Positions 10,466 to 22,223 of a DNA stretch of 64,000 nt are shown here, piece by piece. The stretch is from Dudresnaya verticillata. Its lineage: Eukaryota. Position 1 is the first letter of the stretch. The number at the start of each line of letters is the position of its first letter. Made by a program: the position numbers and the translations under genes. The notes beneath the pieces are model-generated. The model was not told the DNA's origin. It saw nothing but the letters and a program-made list of their open reading frames with translations, and made no database searches. The stretch lies in the NCBI GenBank assembly GCA_977862235.1, contig OZ374559.1, positions 62,001 through 126,000 on the forward strand, read 5' to 3'.

Positions 10466-12010
10466 CTAATTCTTCTTAGAGACGACGAAGAAGAGCTGCA
10501 TACCGGGTATGCGCAATGATACTCGACGAGTCGTAGATTTGAACGCGTCGTCGAGGCTGCTTCTCATCATTCGACCTTCGTTTTGCATCCCGTCATGCAA
10601 ATAGACCACATCCTGTCCTCGACAAAGCCCAGTTACAAAATGCTGCTTCCTGGTCGAGAAACTTATCATTGCGGCTATGTCACCCTTCCATGTCGAATCC
10701 TCCGCCGCCAATCCTTTACAGAGCGCATTCCTCACCATGGCCTCATTTTGAACATGAGTAGGTATAGATACAAAGGCCAAACACGGTTTTTCCTTCAAGT
10801 GATCAGAAGCGACCAGCTTCTCCAGGATATAAGAAGCCAGGCCTTTATGATTCGGCCTCCCAAGAACCATCAGTGCTTCCTGGTCCAGAACATCAACTCG
10901 GACGCTTCCGCGCGCGATCTCACGGCTACATCGCGACCCTGTTGACCTCGCCAATATCAACGGGCTGAGTAGCGAGTGACATATGTCCCCAACATCGAGG
11001 AATGGCTGTTCACAACTTCTCGCTGACCACAGATTTCTTGCATCCCAGTCATGAATGTCACAATAGAACCCGCAAAGGTCGTACAGTAGATCACGTGCTG
11101 CTGTTGAGATTGCCATCTGTTCCTTTGTGCTTTCCGCAATATTGATGATGCGCATTGCGGCAAACAAACTGGCTAAAGGAGATGTATATGTAGGCGAGAG
11201 AACCAGATCCTCACCCTGCCTGTACATTCCGTGATCGAAACAGGCTTGAATCAGGCGAGGCACTACCATTAGAACTGCATCAAGAGCACAGGAGTTGTTT
11301 TGCCAGCGGATCCATTTTCGGCCGGTGTCAAATGACTCTGCTGGGTCACGGACTAGGTGCTCAACGGCTGAGAGACCTCGCTGCCGGAGTACTCTCATCT
11401 GCTCCCGTACAAAAGCAGTCTGGCAACGGCCAATGATCTCAGTGAACCTTCCCTCACCTTCCTGCCTAAGCTCCTCCAAAACCGTATCCGGAATCATCCA
11501 CTCATGCGCTTTGCGGCCCAGCTTCTCGAGAAACTCCTCCTTTATCCACATCCATTGATACAATCCCATTCGAGGTGATAGCAGAAACCAGAGATCGGAA
11601 GCAGACCCGGTTCCGTACCCACGCTTGCATAATTTTCCCGCTTCCTCCTTTGCATGAAGGAAAAACGGATTCCTACCGAGCCTGGAAAGAATTGCAGATG
11701 CAGTACTACTTCCCGATACATGCTTTCTCTGGTACTTGGACGTTTTGTGTCCCTTGAAGCGCTGACGCTCCACACGACCAACCCGATTCGCCTTCGGCTG
11801 GCGCTTAGCCTGCACACGACCGGCTTGACTCGCCTTCGCCTCCACCAGTGCGGCTTCTAGTTCACTTCTCCTCTTCTCTGCAGCCTCCTCAACCCATTTT
11901 CGGCCGAATAGCAGCTCACACTGTTCAGGATGAACAATTGTTCCTTTCGCATACACATGAAGCACTGCCAGCAACCCAGGGTCCAGACCCTGGACATTCT
12001 CCAGCTCCAT
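10466..12010 (-). CDS. Putative papain-fold / USP-like cysteine peptidase
   Basis: Cys-box-like WQNNSCALDAVL, His-box-like QHFVTG and downstream YLHDGM. ATG at 12010 preferred; the frame is open from 12151. Confidence 0.6.
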   Translation of the reverse strand: MELENVQGLDPGLLAVLHVYAKGTIVHPEQCELLFGRKWVEEAAEKRRSELEAALVEAKASQAGRVQAKRQPKANRVGRVERQRFKGHKTSKYQRKHVSGSSTASAILSRLGRNPFFLHAKEEAGKLCKRGYGTGSASDLWFLLSPRMGLYQWMWIKEEFLEKLGRKAHEWMIPDTVLEELRQEGEGRFTEIIGRCQTAFVREQMRVLRQRGLSAVEHLVRDPAESFDTGRKWIRWQNNSCALDAVLMVVPRLIQACFDHGMYRQGEDLVLSPTYTSPLASLFAAMRIINIAESTKEQMAISTAARDLLYDLCGFYCDIHDWDARNLWSARSCEQPFLDVGDICHSLLSPLILARSTGSRCSREIARGSVRVDVLDQEALMVLGRPNHKGLASYILEKLVASDHLKEKPCLAFVSIPTHVQNEAMVRNALCKGLAAEDSTWKGDIAAMISFSTRKQHFVTGLCRGQDVVYLHDGMQNEGRMMRSSLDDAFKSTTRRVSLRIPGMQLFFVVSKKN

Positions 12011-12534
12011 GGCGAGAGTTTCTAATGTGAACAACGGGCTAGGAGAGGGGAGGCGGGAAACGGCGATGTGAGGGGGGGGGCAGGGCAGGGTGATGGCGAT
12101 TCTCCGTCTGTTCGTTTCCTCTTTCCCGGCGGTGTCTCTCTGGCCGACCATTTAAATACGGCCCTTTCTCTCACACGGCAAAACAATTCGGGAAACTTCC
12201 AACTGCATGGCAGTCACGTACTACGGTATAACAACGCAATTTGGCATAACTTTTAATTTTTGCGGGGTACACCGCAGCCGGTCCAGAATTTCATTATCCT
12301 CGGTTGCGATGCAGAATCCCGGCATCTCGCCCTGCCATGGCCCTCGCTCCCTTACCGTATCGGATTGGTATTAATGGCTGCGTACATCACGAATGAACCC
12401 TCAGCAGCAAAGCAAAAATCCCACATCACACTTCAGTCCCGGAAAGCACCATATTCCACCAATTCTGTAGTTACGAATAATCCACCATTCATGTAGTTAA
12501 GCCCCAGGGCAAATTACTAACGTTTCCTCTCAAA

Positions 12535-13130
12535 TCGCCTTCCCGATTCCGGCTTTCGCACAATGACCCTCTTAGCACATTCCTAAGCCCCATGCCTCAC
12601 ACTGAACGCCCGAGACTGTACAAAAAGTCGAACAACCCTTAGAAACCCTCCCAGTAGCCCCGAAACGATCCCGCAGTCCCCGCTTCGTTCACGCTTACTC
12701 CCCAATTCCGTTCCTTCACATCCAAATAGGCTAGTGCCCGCCTTCGCATTTCTAAGCCCCATGCCTCACGCTGAACGCCTAAAAACCCGCCTTCGCAGTT
12801 CTGAAGCCCGTGCCCCACGCTGAGCGCCCGAGACTGCACAAGAAGTTGAACAACCCTTAGAAACCGCCCCAGGAGCCCCGAAACGACCCCGCAGCCCCGT
12901 TTCGTTCACGCGTACTCCCCAATTCCATTCCTTCACATTCAAATAGCCTAGTACCCGCCTTCCCAATTCCGGGTTTCGCACCATGACCCTCTTAGCGCAT
13001 TTCTACGCCCTATCCCTCACGCTGCACACCCAACACTCTACAAGAAGCTTATCAACCCTGAGAAACCCTCCCAGGAGCCCGGAAACGATTCCGCACCACC
13101 CAGTTCGCTCGGAATGACTCCACAATTACG
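12535..13130. repeat. Degenerate ~200-220-bp tandem repeat (~3 copies)
   Basis: caacccttagaaaccctcccaggagccccgaaacga-like blocks recur near 12633, 12851 and 13053. Confidence 0.75.
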
Positions 13131-13674
13131 TAACGCGATCCATAAGCCTCTGAGAGCATTCCATACTGTACATACGGTTTCCATTACCCCGGTAAAGTCC
13201 CACGTCTCTTCATCTTACAACGTAAACCCCTCAAATAGCCAACGCGCAGTTCCTTGCCGCCATTCCACGTGATCCTCTCCTTGACGACACCACCGTTCCA
13301 ACGAAGTCTCATTATCGCAAGTGGCGGACTCGCAACACTCACGCAAACGTTCCGCCTAGCGAAGGAAGTACCGAGCACTACAACACGGTCAACCTAAACC
13401 ACTTCCGAAAAAAAAACCGTCCGCGTATCCAGAACCCCGCAAGCCTTTACAAACCTTGCAAGACTGTTTGCTAGGCTAGGCGTCTGTCAGACCCCATGAG
13501 GGTTCCCCTCAAGCGGCAACCAAGGCCCAGTCTAGCCCCATTTCAGCCAGCCAATCACATCGCAGAACATTTACAGTGGTTTGGGGGTGCTTACAGGCCG
13601 CCCCGACTGATTTGCGGCCAAGTAAAAAATCGTGCACAAAATCCCCCCCACCAAATCCCCCAAGGAGGGGTAAT

Positions 13675-13756
13675 TAAACCCCTAAACCCCTAAAACCCCT
13701 AAAACCCCCTAAACCCCTAAACCCCTAAAACCCCTAAAACCCCCTAAACCCCTAAA
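13675..13756 (+). repeat. Interstitial telomere-like tract, ~10 units of C4-5TA3-4 (CCCCTAAA)
   Basis: Directly visible. The C-rich strand is on +, i.e. left-chromosome-end polarity. Confidence 0.85.
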
Positions 13757-14296
13757 GTCCTCACCCAGTAACGGAAGCAATCGCAAGAAGAGAACTGCTT
13801 CCGATCGCAAGAAGACAGCTGTTTCCAGTCCTCACACAGGGACGGAAACAATCGCAACTTGGCAACTGTTCCCGGTCCCCACCCAGGGACGGTATCAGTC
13901 GCAAGTTTACAACTGCTTCCGGTCCTCACACAGGGGCGGAAGCCATCGCAAGTTGACAACTGTTTCCGGTCCTCACACAGGGACGGAAGTAGTCGCAAGT
14001 TGACAACTGCTTCCGGTCCTCACCCAGGGACGGAAGCAATCGCAAGTTGACAACTGTTTCCGGTCCTCACCCAGGGACGGAAGCAAGTTGACAACTGTTT
14101 CGGGTCCCCACCCTGGGACGGAAGCAGTCGCAAGTTGACAACTACTTCCGGTCCTCACCCAGAAACGGAAGTAATCGCAGGTTTACAACTGTTTCCGGGC
14201 CTTACCCACAGACGGAAGCAATCGTAAGCTCACAACTGTTTCCGGTCCTCGCCCCACCGGGGACTGGAAGCATTCGCAAGCCGACAACTGCTTCCG
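13757..14296. repeat. 47-bp minisatellite (~12 units), each unit containing an 11-8-11 dyad (cluster A)
   Basis: Unit ggtcctcacacagggacggaagtagtcgcaagttgacaactgcttcc. The spacer is mostly CAAGTTGA. Confidence 0.9.
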
Positions 14297-14901
14297 CGCC
14301 CAGCTTCAACCAGGCCCGGAACATTTCCTATGCGGGGATCCATTCCTATTAGGTACGAAGACCTCAGGACTGGGCTTGGCGGTCCGGGGCAGGTACGCCG
14401 CAGAGAGCTCAAATGTTTAGGGACAGAGACAACCAGGCCAGGTACGGAGCCCGCCGTAATAACATATCTCGGTTGTCCTCTCCTCACGACATCAGTCTTT
14501 CCGTTCCATATGCGATTCTCAGCACAACCTGCCCATCTCCGGCCATGACACAAGTGTTCCCCGAGACACAGCAGACGTGGGGAGTTCGAGGTATCACGGA
14601 CGGAGATGTCAGGACTAATCTCAGCGGAAGGTACCTCTGTCGGTTGCTTGACTTATACCTGTTCCTGCCTCTCCCCAGCCCTAAACCCCTAATCCCTGAG
14701 GCAGGCAAGCCGCAGGGAGTTCAAAGGTTTAGGGACGGAGAGGCCAGGGCAAGGTTGCGCTGCTTAACGCACTACTCGCAAACTACATTACTACATTACT
14801 ACTACTCAGCGCTCGTGGGTCTTCCATGGGAACTCCAACGGTCTCTCCTCACATCCTGACGTCTCCACTTGTGGTGCTTCCATTCTTGTCTCGTCCGAGC
14901 T

Positions 14902-15123
14902 CGGAAGCAGTCACAGATGCTCAATTGCTTCCGCCCTTGTGCCCGCTCCAGCCCGGAAGCAGTTGATGTTTGATAACTGCTCCCGTTCTTTATTCCGCCA
15001 CGACCCGGAAGCAATCGCATGTCCACAACTGCTTCCGCTCCCCACACGCTGACGACCTGCCCATTGATTCCGCCCATCCTCCCAGCTCACCCGGAAACAG
15101 TCGCAAATCGACCATTGCCTCCG
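14902..15123. repeat. Dyad cluster B (4 copies)
   Basis: For example GGAAGCAATCG-CATGTCCA-CAACTGCTTCC at ~15007. Confidence 0.8.
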
Positions 15124-15210
15124 GGCCCTCTCGACAGCGTTTACGCGCTGCTCTCAACCTCTCCTTATGTACAGTATCTTACAAATTCGACTACCCTACA
15201 CTCTACTCCT

Positions 15211-18200
15211 TCAAGCCTGTTCGGTTTCCCCGTCCGACATGTCAGGGTATGAATCCTTGCTCGATTCTTCCTCCCCATCCCCCTCGCCTCTCGGTCCGTT
15301 GCGGGCCACTTGCGTCATTATATGCTCATGCACTATTTCGACGTCACCAGCAAACAGAGTGGAAACGGCTGTACTGCTGTTGAGTTTCAAGTTCCCCTCC
15401 GCAGGTTTTCGGAGCATCCTCTCAACCACTTTCGCCTTCTCCGAAAGCACCACGCCGTCGTCGAACAACTCCGCTTCATCTTTCAGCAGGGCTATCGTGC
15501 TCGCCACAACCATCGCAAATTTTTTCTGCTTCTCCTCTTCCGTGCCCTGCTTCAGCGCCTCGGATGCGCATCCCATGGTTATGCTTCCTACGGTGTTCCT
15601 ATCGTGAGTCCTCCAATTCCGCTTCTTCGCGATAGTCGGTGTGGCTCCACTGCTCCCTCGTGGTGCTACCGGTTGGTCGTCCGTCCTTCTAGCACTGACA
15701 GAGACGTCCTTCGAGCGGCCCGATTGGCTTTCCGGATTCGGCGGGGTTGTCGTTTGCCTCTGCACAGATCCCCGTACAGACGGTTCCTCGGATTGTGAAG
15801 GCATCGGCGGTTCCTGGTCGCTGGACGGTCCGTCTCTCTCACTCAGGGACGGTCGCATGCTTCTCCTTTCCGGTAGCGTCGTCGTCAGCGGTACGTCAAT
15901 TCCCTTCACGCGCGTGTACTCCGTCCTGTCCAGAAACTCCAGCATCGTCGCCTTGGCCTCCGGTTTCGCTTCGCCTTCACGCATCTCCAGTGTAATGGGC
16001 ACTTCGAGGACATGCCCAATCGTTGGCTCGCCTTCCCGTATATAGTACAAGACTCGGGATATACGTGTGGGAATCTTCAGTACACGCCAGGCATTACAAA
16101 CGCCTTTGTACCGCCCTGCAGCATCCTCGATGACTCGAAGTACGTCATAGTCAAACTGACTGCCACCCATGCGCGCCCTGTCCATTGCCTTCTTCGAGCG
16201 CATACCGCTAGCAACTGTACCTGCCCACAAATCCACGTCATACTTCTCCGTAAACATCAATTCACGGAGAATGATCTGCAAGCCTGGGAGAGCCATGGCA
16301 ACTATGGCACACATGTGCGGATTGAGGAGCTTCATCCCCAACGCGGTTTGTGAACGATTCACAGCCCTTATGAAGCAGCCCGTTCCGTCATCCTTCTTCC
16401 AGGTCCGTTTGGCAAATTCGTCGTACTGTGGCCTTCTGTGCCACGTGTTGCCTGCAAACCACCTATAGGCATCCGCGGTATTGTGCGGCATCGATGCTAC
16501 GCACTTCCCAGCACCAAGCACGCAGTTCACAGATCGTAACCCGAGTAGTCCACAGCACAGAAGAGTAGCTGCCCTCGCAGCTCTTGCCCCGATCTTTGCA
16601 GCTTCCCCAGTGACCGACGGTTCAGCCCCATAGTTGGATGCTTGGTAGTAGTATTCTTCCGATTGCGCGTTCGGTCGAAGCTTCCCAAGGCTCGTCAACG
16701 GCTTTGCCTTCGTGTATCCTCCAATCGGGGCCTTCGCAATCATGTTCGCGTCCCGGTATCTATCCATGCGGTTCACAGCGGTAACCATGGCAACCCCGAA
16801 AAACTCAGTCCGGATCAGTCTCCTCTCCCCCTCCGCAATGCAGAACAGGGCCACCTCGTTCAACGCATACGTCTTCTTCGTTCCATCCGCAAGAATCCGC
16901 CGCCCCGTGGGCTGGTGCATACTACTGAACAGAGCGTCGCATTCCTTAGTAAACTCCTTCTTCAGCCAGCGGTATCTTCGCCCATCGTACGGCAGCTTGA
17001 AGGGGTGAGGCACGCCCCCTTCTTCCAACGGTGCGTCCCGAGCGTCCAGTACTTCCAGCGCCCAGGTCACGGCCTGATCTTCACGTATCAGTTGATAGTC
17101 ATATCGGCAACCCATACATGCGTGCTTGATTTCATTGTCGGCAATCTACACACACCCACATATGAAAAGAAAGTCAGAGCAATCTTTCGCCATGCTCAGG
17201 AATGACTGCCTGTCGTCCTCAGCCTTCTGCCTGGACACCACCACAGCCGCAGCGTGATGTTCTTCCAGAGATGTCTGTGGTGCTCTCCTCATAGGACCCT
17301 CCTCGGCATTCGCTTGTAGTCGCGCCCGCTTCGCACCGGCTGTCTCCTTGGAAGCAGCGGCAGTCCGCCCTTCGCTTCGTCTACGAGGTTTCGCATTCCG
17401 ATTCTTCTCGGCAACCTCGCCGATAACTGAGCGTGTCACAATGCCAGCTCGCTCTCCGGCAACCAACCCACCGCGAAGGTACATGCGTGCCGGTTGTTTG
17501 AAAATGTCGTCCGTAGTACCCCATTCAACCATGTCGAGTATTTGTTTGGGCCACGGCCCTATCTCGACCCCCTGCTTAGCACGGGGCAGCAGGCCAGCAG
17601 GGTCCACCGTTCTTCCTGGAAGGGCTTGTGGATTTGCGATTGCTTCCGGAGATCCAGCACTCGGTCGCCTCGACGGTCCTCCGCTACTCTCCTCATATTC
17701 CATTCGCGGGAGGTCGCACTGCTCGCGTATCTTCTGACAAGTGTAAGAAACGGCGCGCTCACTTGCCACGCTGCCTACGGTCGCTTCTTTCGGTATTGCG
17801 ACACGGGTTGGCATCTGCCTCGTACTGCCTGTTCGTAGGCGCGCGCACGACAGAGCCATTTGCACAGGAGTCGTATGCCCGAGACTGGCAGTCGCTTCAT
17901 TCAACCGACTTGCGACAGTTGTCATGAGCCCCTCAAGCCACTTTCCAGCCGCCTTGATATCTCCCTTGTCCCCAGGCATACCCACCAACTGCTGTTGCGG
18001 AATAATCATAAGTGACGCATGCACTGGCACTGTACCGATACTGTTGAGCGCTGCAGCGGACAACCTCACGTTCCCATCATTGATGCCAAGTGGCAGGCTC
18101 GGGGGGAGTACGGGGTCCGGTCCTGCCTTCTTCCAAAGAGGTGGCGCCGGTGGTCGCATCCCCCTCTTGTACCGGTAGAGGTATATAGGCCCAGTCACAC

Positions 18201-19494
18201 TCTTCCCTGGCGGGGGGTGTTCCGCGATTTGCATTCTTTCCAGGTACTCATCGGGCACCTCCAGCTGCAGGGCAGTGGAGGTGGTCATCAGGGATACTTG
18301 CCCCATGCTTTCAATCCATCTCGCAACCTTGTCCCCTGCACTGAAAAAAGATTTCCCCACTTCGCGAATATTTGATCGTGTCGCAATGCGGATGTTCGAC
18401 AACGGCGTCGCCACGGGCCACTTCGTCTCGTCCCCGTCTTTCGGATACAAAGAGTGGCCGATCGGCTGCTTGAAAACAGTTGTGCTCTCAGAACCACTAA
18501 AGTTGACCATTCTCCACGTGTCGAAATACTGCATGACAATAGAAGGATGGGGCATTGCAAAATCGCCGTCCCAGTCGCCAGTCATCCCGACCCCACAGAT
18601 GCCTCTCGGAACCCCGCAATAAAATATAGGCTTCAGAGAAGGGGCCCGCGGAGGCGACAATTCCTCATCACGTTGGTCCCCGTCTGCAGGAGAAGCAGAT
18701 CTTCCGGGACTAACGCCCCTACGCGCAACACCGGAGGACGCCTGGACGTGACGACCGTTGCCAGTGGCAGCCACATTCGACACGTCACCCCGGCCCGTGG
18801 GGTTCGTACCGGCGTTCGATGGCGTGGAATGCCTCTTCTCCGGTGGAATCGGGCGTGACACCATCCCAGTTGCGCGTCGAGGTACGACAGCTGCCTTGTT
18901 CAAACCCTTCGGCGACTTCTCACGAGGTGTCGGTGTAGATGATGTCGCCTCCTTAGCGCCAGGTCGTGTACCCGCTTTTTCCATTGGCTCAGTACCCGCC
19001 TTTTCAGTCGGCTCAGTACCCGCCTTTTCAGTCGGCTCAGTACCCGCCTTTTCAGTCGGCTCAGCCTCTTGCGGTACCGACACGTTCTTCTCCGCGGTCG
19101 ACACCCCATTGACTGCTGACAGTTTGTCAGGTCCAGGTGCAGGACGACGGCGAGGTGCACTTGGTCGCGGCGCACTGCCAGAATCGGCCGCAGGTTTGTC
19201 TCCAGTCGGTACTGCGGGGGTTGGATCCTCATTCTCTCCGTTCCCTGTCGCCTTGGTAGGGGCTGGCGGACCATCCTGTAAAGTCTCAGGGCGGGGAATC
19301 CCATTTGCTCCAGCAGTCCCCCCAGAGCCGCCTACGCTCGGTGCAGCAGCTTCCTTGTTTGGTGAACCATCTCCATCGCGACTCCCACCCGAGCCACGTC
19401 GGCCTCGTCCGCCTGCACGTTGACGACGACTTCGTGTCGCAATAGACTTCCCGCGGCCTTTCCCTGCCCCACTTCTTTTCGGGCTGTTCGTCAT
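15211..19494 (-). CDS. Large hypothetical protein (~1,430 codons) interrupted by one in-frame TAG at 17146-17148
   Basis: ORFs 17146-19533 and 15211-17115 are in the same frame (CGCV*IADNEIKHACMGC). The N-terminus is low-complexity with 4x EPTEKAGT (24-bp repeat, ~18968-19063). Confidence 0.65.
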
Positions 19495-19539
19495 TTCGGT
19501 TTGCTCCCCCTCCTCAGCAGTTTCGTTCTGCACTTCTTG

Positions 19540-20314
19540 CGGAGGCAGTTGTCGGTTTGCAGCTGCTTCCGAGTAACGGACGTTGAGCGGAAGCAGTCGT
19601 TGGTTTGCAACGGCTTCCGGCCCTTCTAGATCGCAACGGGTGGACTTGGTGTAAAAGGATACCCGGTCTTACAGCTGGCGCAGCTGTCAGGTTGCAACTG
19701 CTTCCGGGTATTGTACGTTGCGGAAGCAGTTGTCGGTTTGCAACTGCTTCCAGCTCTTCTGGTCGCAACGGCCGGACTTGATGGAGAAGGAGACCGGTCT
19801 TACAGCGCAAGCAGCTGTCAGGTTGCAACTGCTTCCGGATAGTGCACGTCGTGCGGAAGCAGTTGTCGGTTTGCAGCTGTTTCCGGATCTTCTTGTTCGA
19901 AATTTGATGGTGAAGGATACCTGTCTTACAGCGGAAGCAGCTGTCAGGTTGCAACTGCTTCCGGGTAGTGCACGTCGTGTGGAAGCAGTTGTCGGTTTGC
20001 AAATGCTTCCGGCTCTTCTTGATTGTAACGGTCGACCTTGTCAGAGAAGTGCAGAGAAGTGAACACCGTCTTGCAGCGGAAGCAGATGTCAGTTTGCTAC
20101 CGCTTCCGGGTGGTGGAGGGTGATCCGGAACTGAACCGGAATTAGATCCTGTTTCGGTCCACGTGTTCCGGTCTTGAAGCAGAAGCAGTTCTGTGATTGC
20201 AACTGTTTCCGGGTCTTCTGCTCCGAGACGGACTTGTGCTTGATGAGGATCAAGGCTATGCCCGGAAGATCCAGTTTTCAGGCGGAAGCAGTTGCAAATC
20301 GTCTGCTGCTTCCG
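19540..20314. repeat. Dyad cluster C (~11 copies, spacer polarity opposite to cluster A)
   Basis: GGAAGCAGTTG-TCGGTTTG-CAACTGCTTCC alternates with TCAGGTTG spacers in a ~130-bp higher-order unit. Confidence 0.9.
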
Positions 20315-21049
20315 GTATGCTTCTCCCGTTTACGAGCTTGTCGGCAACCAAACCAAGTGAGAACAGTAGACCGATAGGAGCAAAGCGAGCACAGAGCTGG
20401 AGAAAACTAGTCAGACGCAGTGCCTTCCTCAACTTCTCGTCAGTGTCGTGGCGGAAGCAATAGAGACCTTGACAATTGCAAACCGCGGGGCACAGTAGCG
20501 GCGCAACCCTTCGTGTTCTGGACGACCTGGCTGTTGGTACGAAGCGGGCTACTCCGTTGCAGTCTTGATCAGGACGCTGCTGTAGCAGTGAGGTAGTGTC
20601 GAGTAAGCTCGTCGGTAAAGGGCCTCGCAACGTCGCGGATAAACGCTGCAGTTCCTTCCCACTGAGAGCGGTTATCCGCAGACGCACAGTGTGGCAGTGG
20701 CGCTCCTTGGTGGCGCGTTTGGGGCTTCGAGAAGAGCGCTGCGTCAAGAGGCAGTGACAGTGCGGTTCTGTGTCGCCACAGATCTCCTTCACAGTCCGAC
20801 AGCGGGAGCCCTCAGCAGCACTGGCAGAGCCGTGCGCAAAAGTACGACGGGAAGCCGTGTAGTACACCCAACGACGGCAGTCGGTGCGGTAGGGCGCCGG
20901 GTGGTAGGCAGCGACACAATGCGCCAGCCAGACAACGGGGCAGAAGTCTTGGTAGCTTAGCTAGCAGTAGTTGCGCAGTCGACAGCGAGTACAGCAGTGG
21001 CAATTCCAAACACACCCGTCACAGTATCTGTGTCGATGCAGAGGGTGCG

Positions 21050-21460
21050 GGTAGACTGCGCAGGCGCAGGTGCAGGCGCAGTGTGCCGGTAGAGTGCGCG
21101 GGCGGGGGCGCGGGCGGGTTCTTGGACTTATGTGTGCGGGCGGGGGCGCAGGCGCAGGTGCAGGCGCAGTGTGTCGGTAGAGTGCGCTGGCGGGGGCGCG
21201 GGCGGGTTCTTGGACTTATGTGTGCGGGCGGGGGCGCAGGTGCAGTTGCAGGCGCGGTCTTGGGGCTTGGTGCGCGGTCGGGGGCGCGGGCGCGGGCGCG
21301 GGCGAGGTTGCGGGCGAGGTTGCAGCGGTGACGGCGCGGGCGCAGGAGCACGCGCGGTGTTGCGGTTTGGTGCGCGGTCGGGGGCGCGGGCGCAGGCGAG
21401 GTTGCGGGCGAGGTTGCGGCGGTGACGGCGCGGCCGCGGGCGCGGGCGCGGGTGAGGTAG
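21050..21460. repeat. GC-rich low-complexity tandem duplications
   Basis: Duplicated ~89-bp block containing gggcgggttcttggacttatgtgtgcggg, plus gcgggcgaggtt repeats. Confidence 0.75.
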
Positions 21461-22223
21461 CGGTGTTAGCGTAGAGAGCACGGGCGCGGGCGCGACTGTG
21501 CGGGTTGGGGTGGCAGTGGCGGTGTCGGCGTGAGCGGGAAGAGGGTGGAGGGTCCGTCGGTGGGGGTAGTTATGCCGCGGAAGCAATCGCGGGCGGGCGG
21601 GCGGCGTACATGAAGGCGGGAAATCGCGCGACGACGGCCGACGACGGCCAACGGCTGCAGGTGATGATTTGTAATTTTTGCGCCAAACAGTGGGAGATTC
21701 ATATTCTTTCCAGATTATCGACTGGGCATTAGACAAGTGTCGACCTCTGCTTCCTCCACATCTCCCTAGCCCATCACACGGACATCTGTCCTCCCATCTC
21801 TCGCATCACCGGACTGCATGACCCGCCTGCTCCCCTCATCCGCACGCGGCTTTTCCCCATATCAATCCCGCACTTTCCCTCCCCCACCTTCCCACCGTGC
21901 AGCACTCCCCCGCTTCCTTCGTGTCCGCTTTTCCTTCCCGGCCGTCTTGTCGCTTGCAGCATTCGTCGCCTGGGCAGCCTTCATAGTCTTCCTTCCCTGA
22001 GGCCTATCCCGCAACCGCACCGCACCCCGCGACGACGGCGACCGATGGTGGTCCGCGCAGGTCCCGCTTTCCAACACCGCGACAGGCTATGCAAGTCTCG
22101 GGCTATTCCTCCTGCTCACCTTTTTGGACAACTGCGGCGTATGGCAGATTCTAGCGCGGGCTACTGCTCAGGCAGGCTGATGTGCGTCCGCACATCGGAG
22201 CATACGCACACGCAGTCTCCCTC

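Noticed and set aside
13757..14296. CRISPR array (palindromic repeats at regular spacing; also 19540-20314 and 34878-35010)
   Set aside because: The intervening sequences are themselves repeated rather than unique spacers, there are no cas genes, and the context is eukaryotic.
14679..14692. Firm call of a telomerase RNA template
   Set aside because: Only a short repeat match, predicted to be base-paired, and no pseudoknot or promoter can be shown. Kept only as a hypothesis.
21019..21736. Pro/Arg/Ala-rich ORFs
   Set aside because: GC-rich low-complexity repeats with no evidence of coding.
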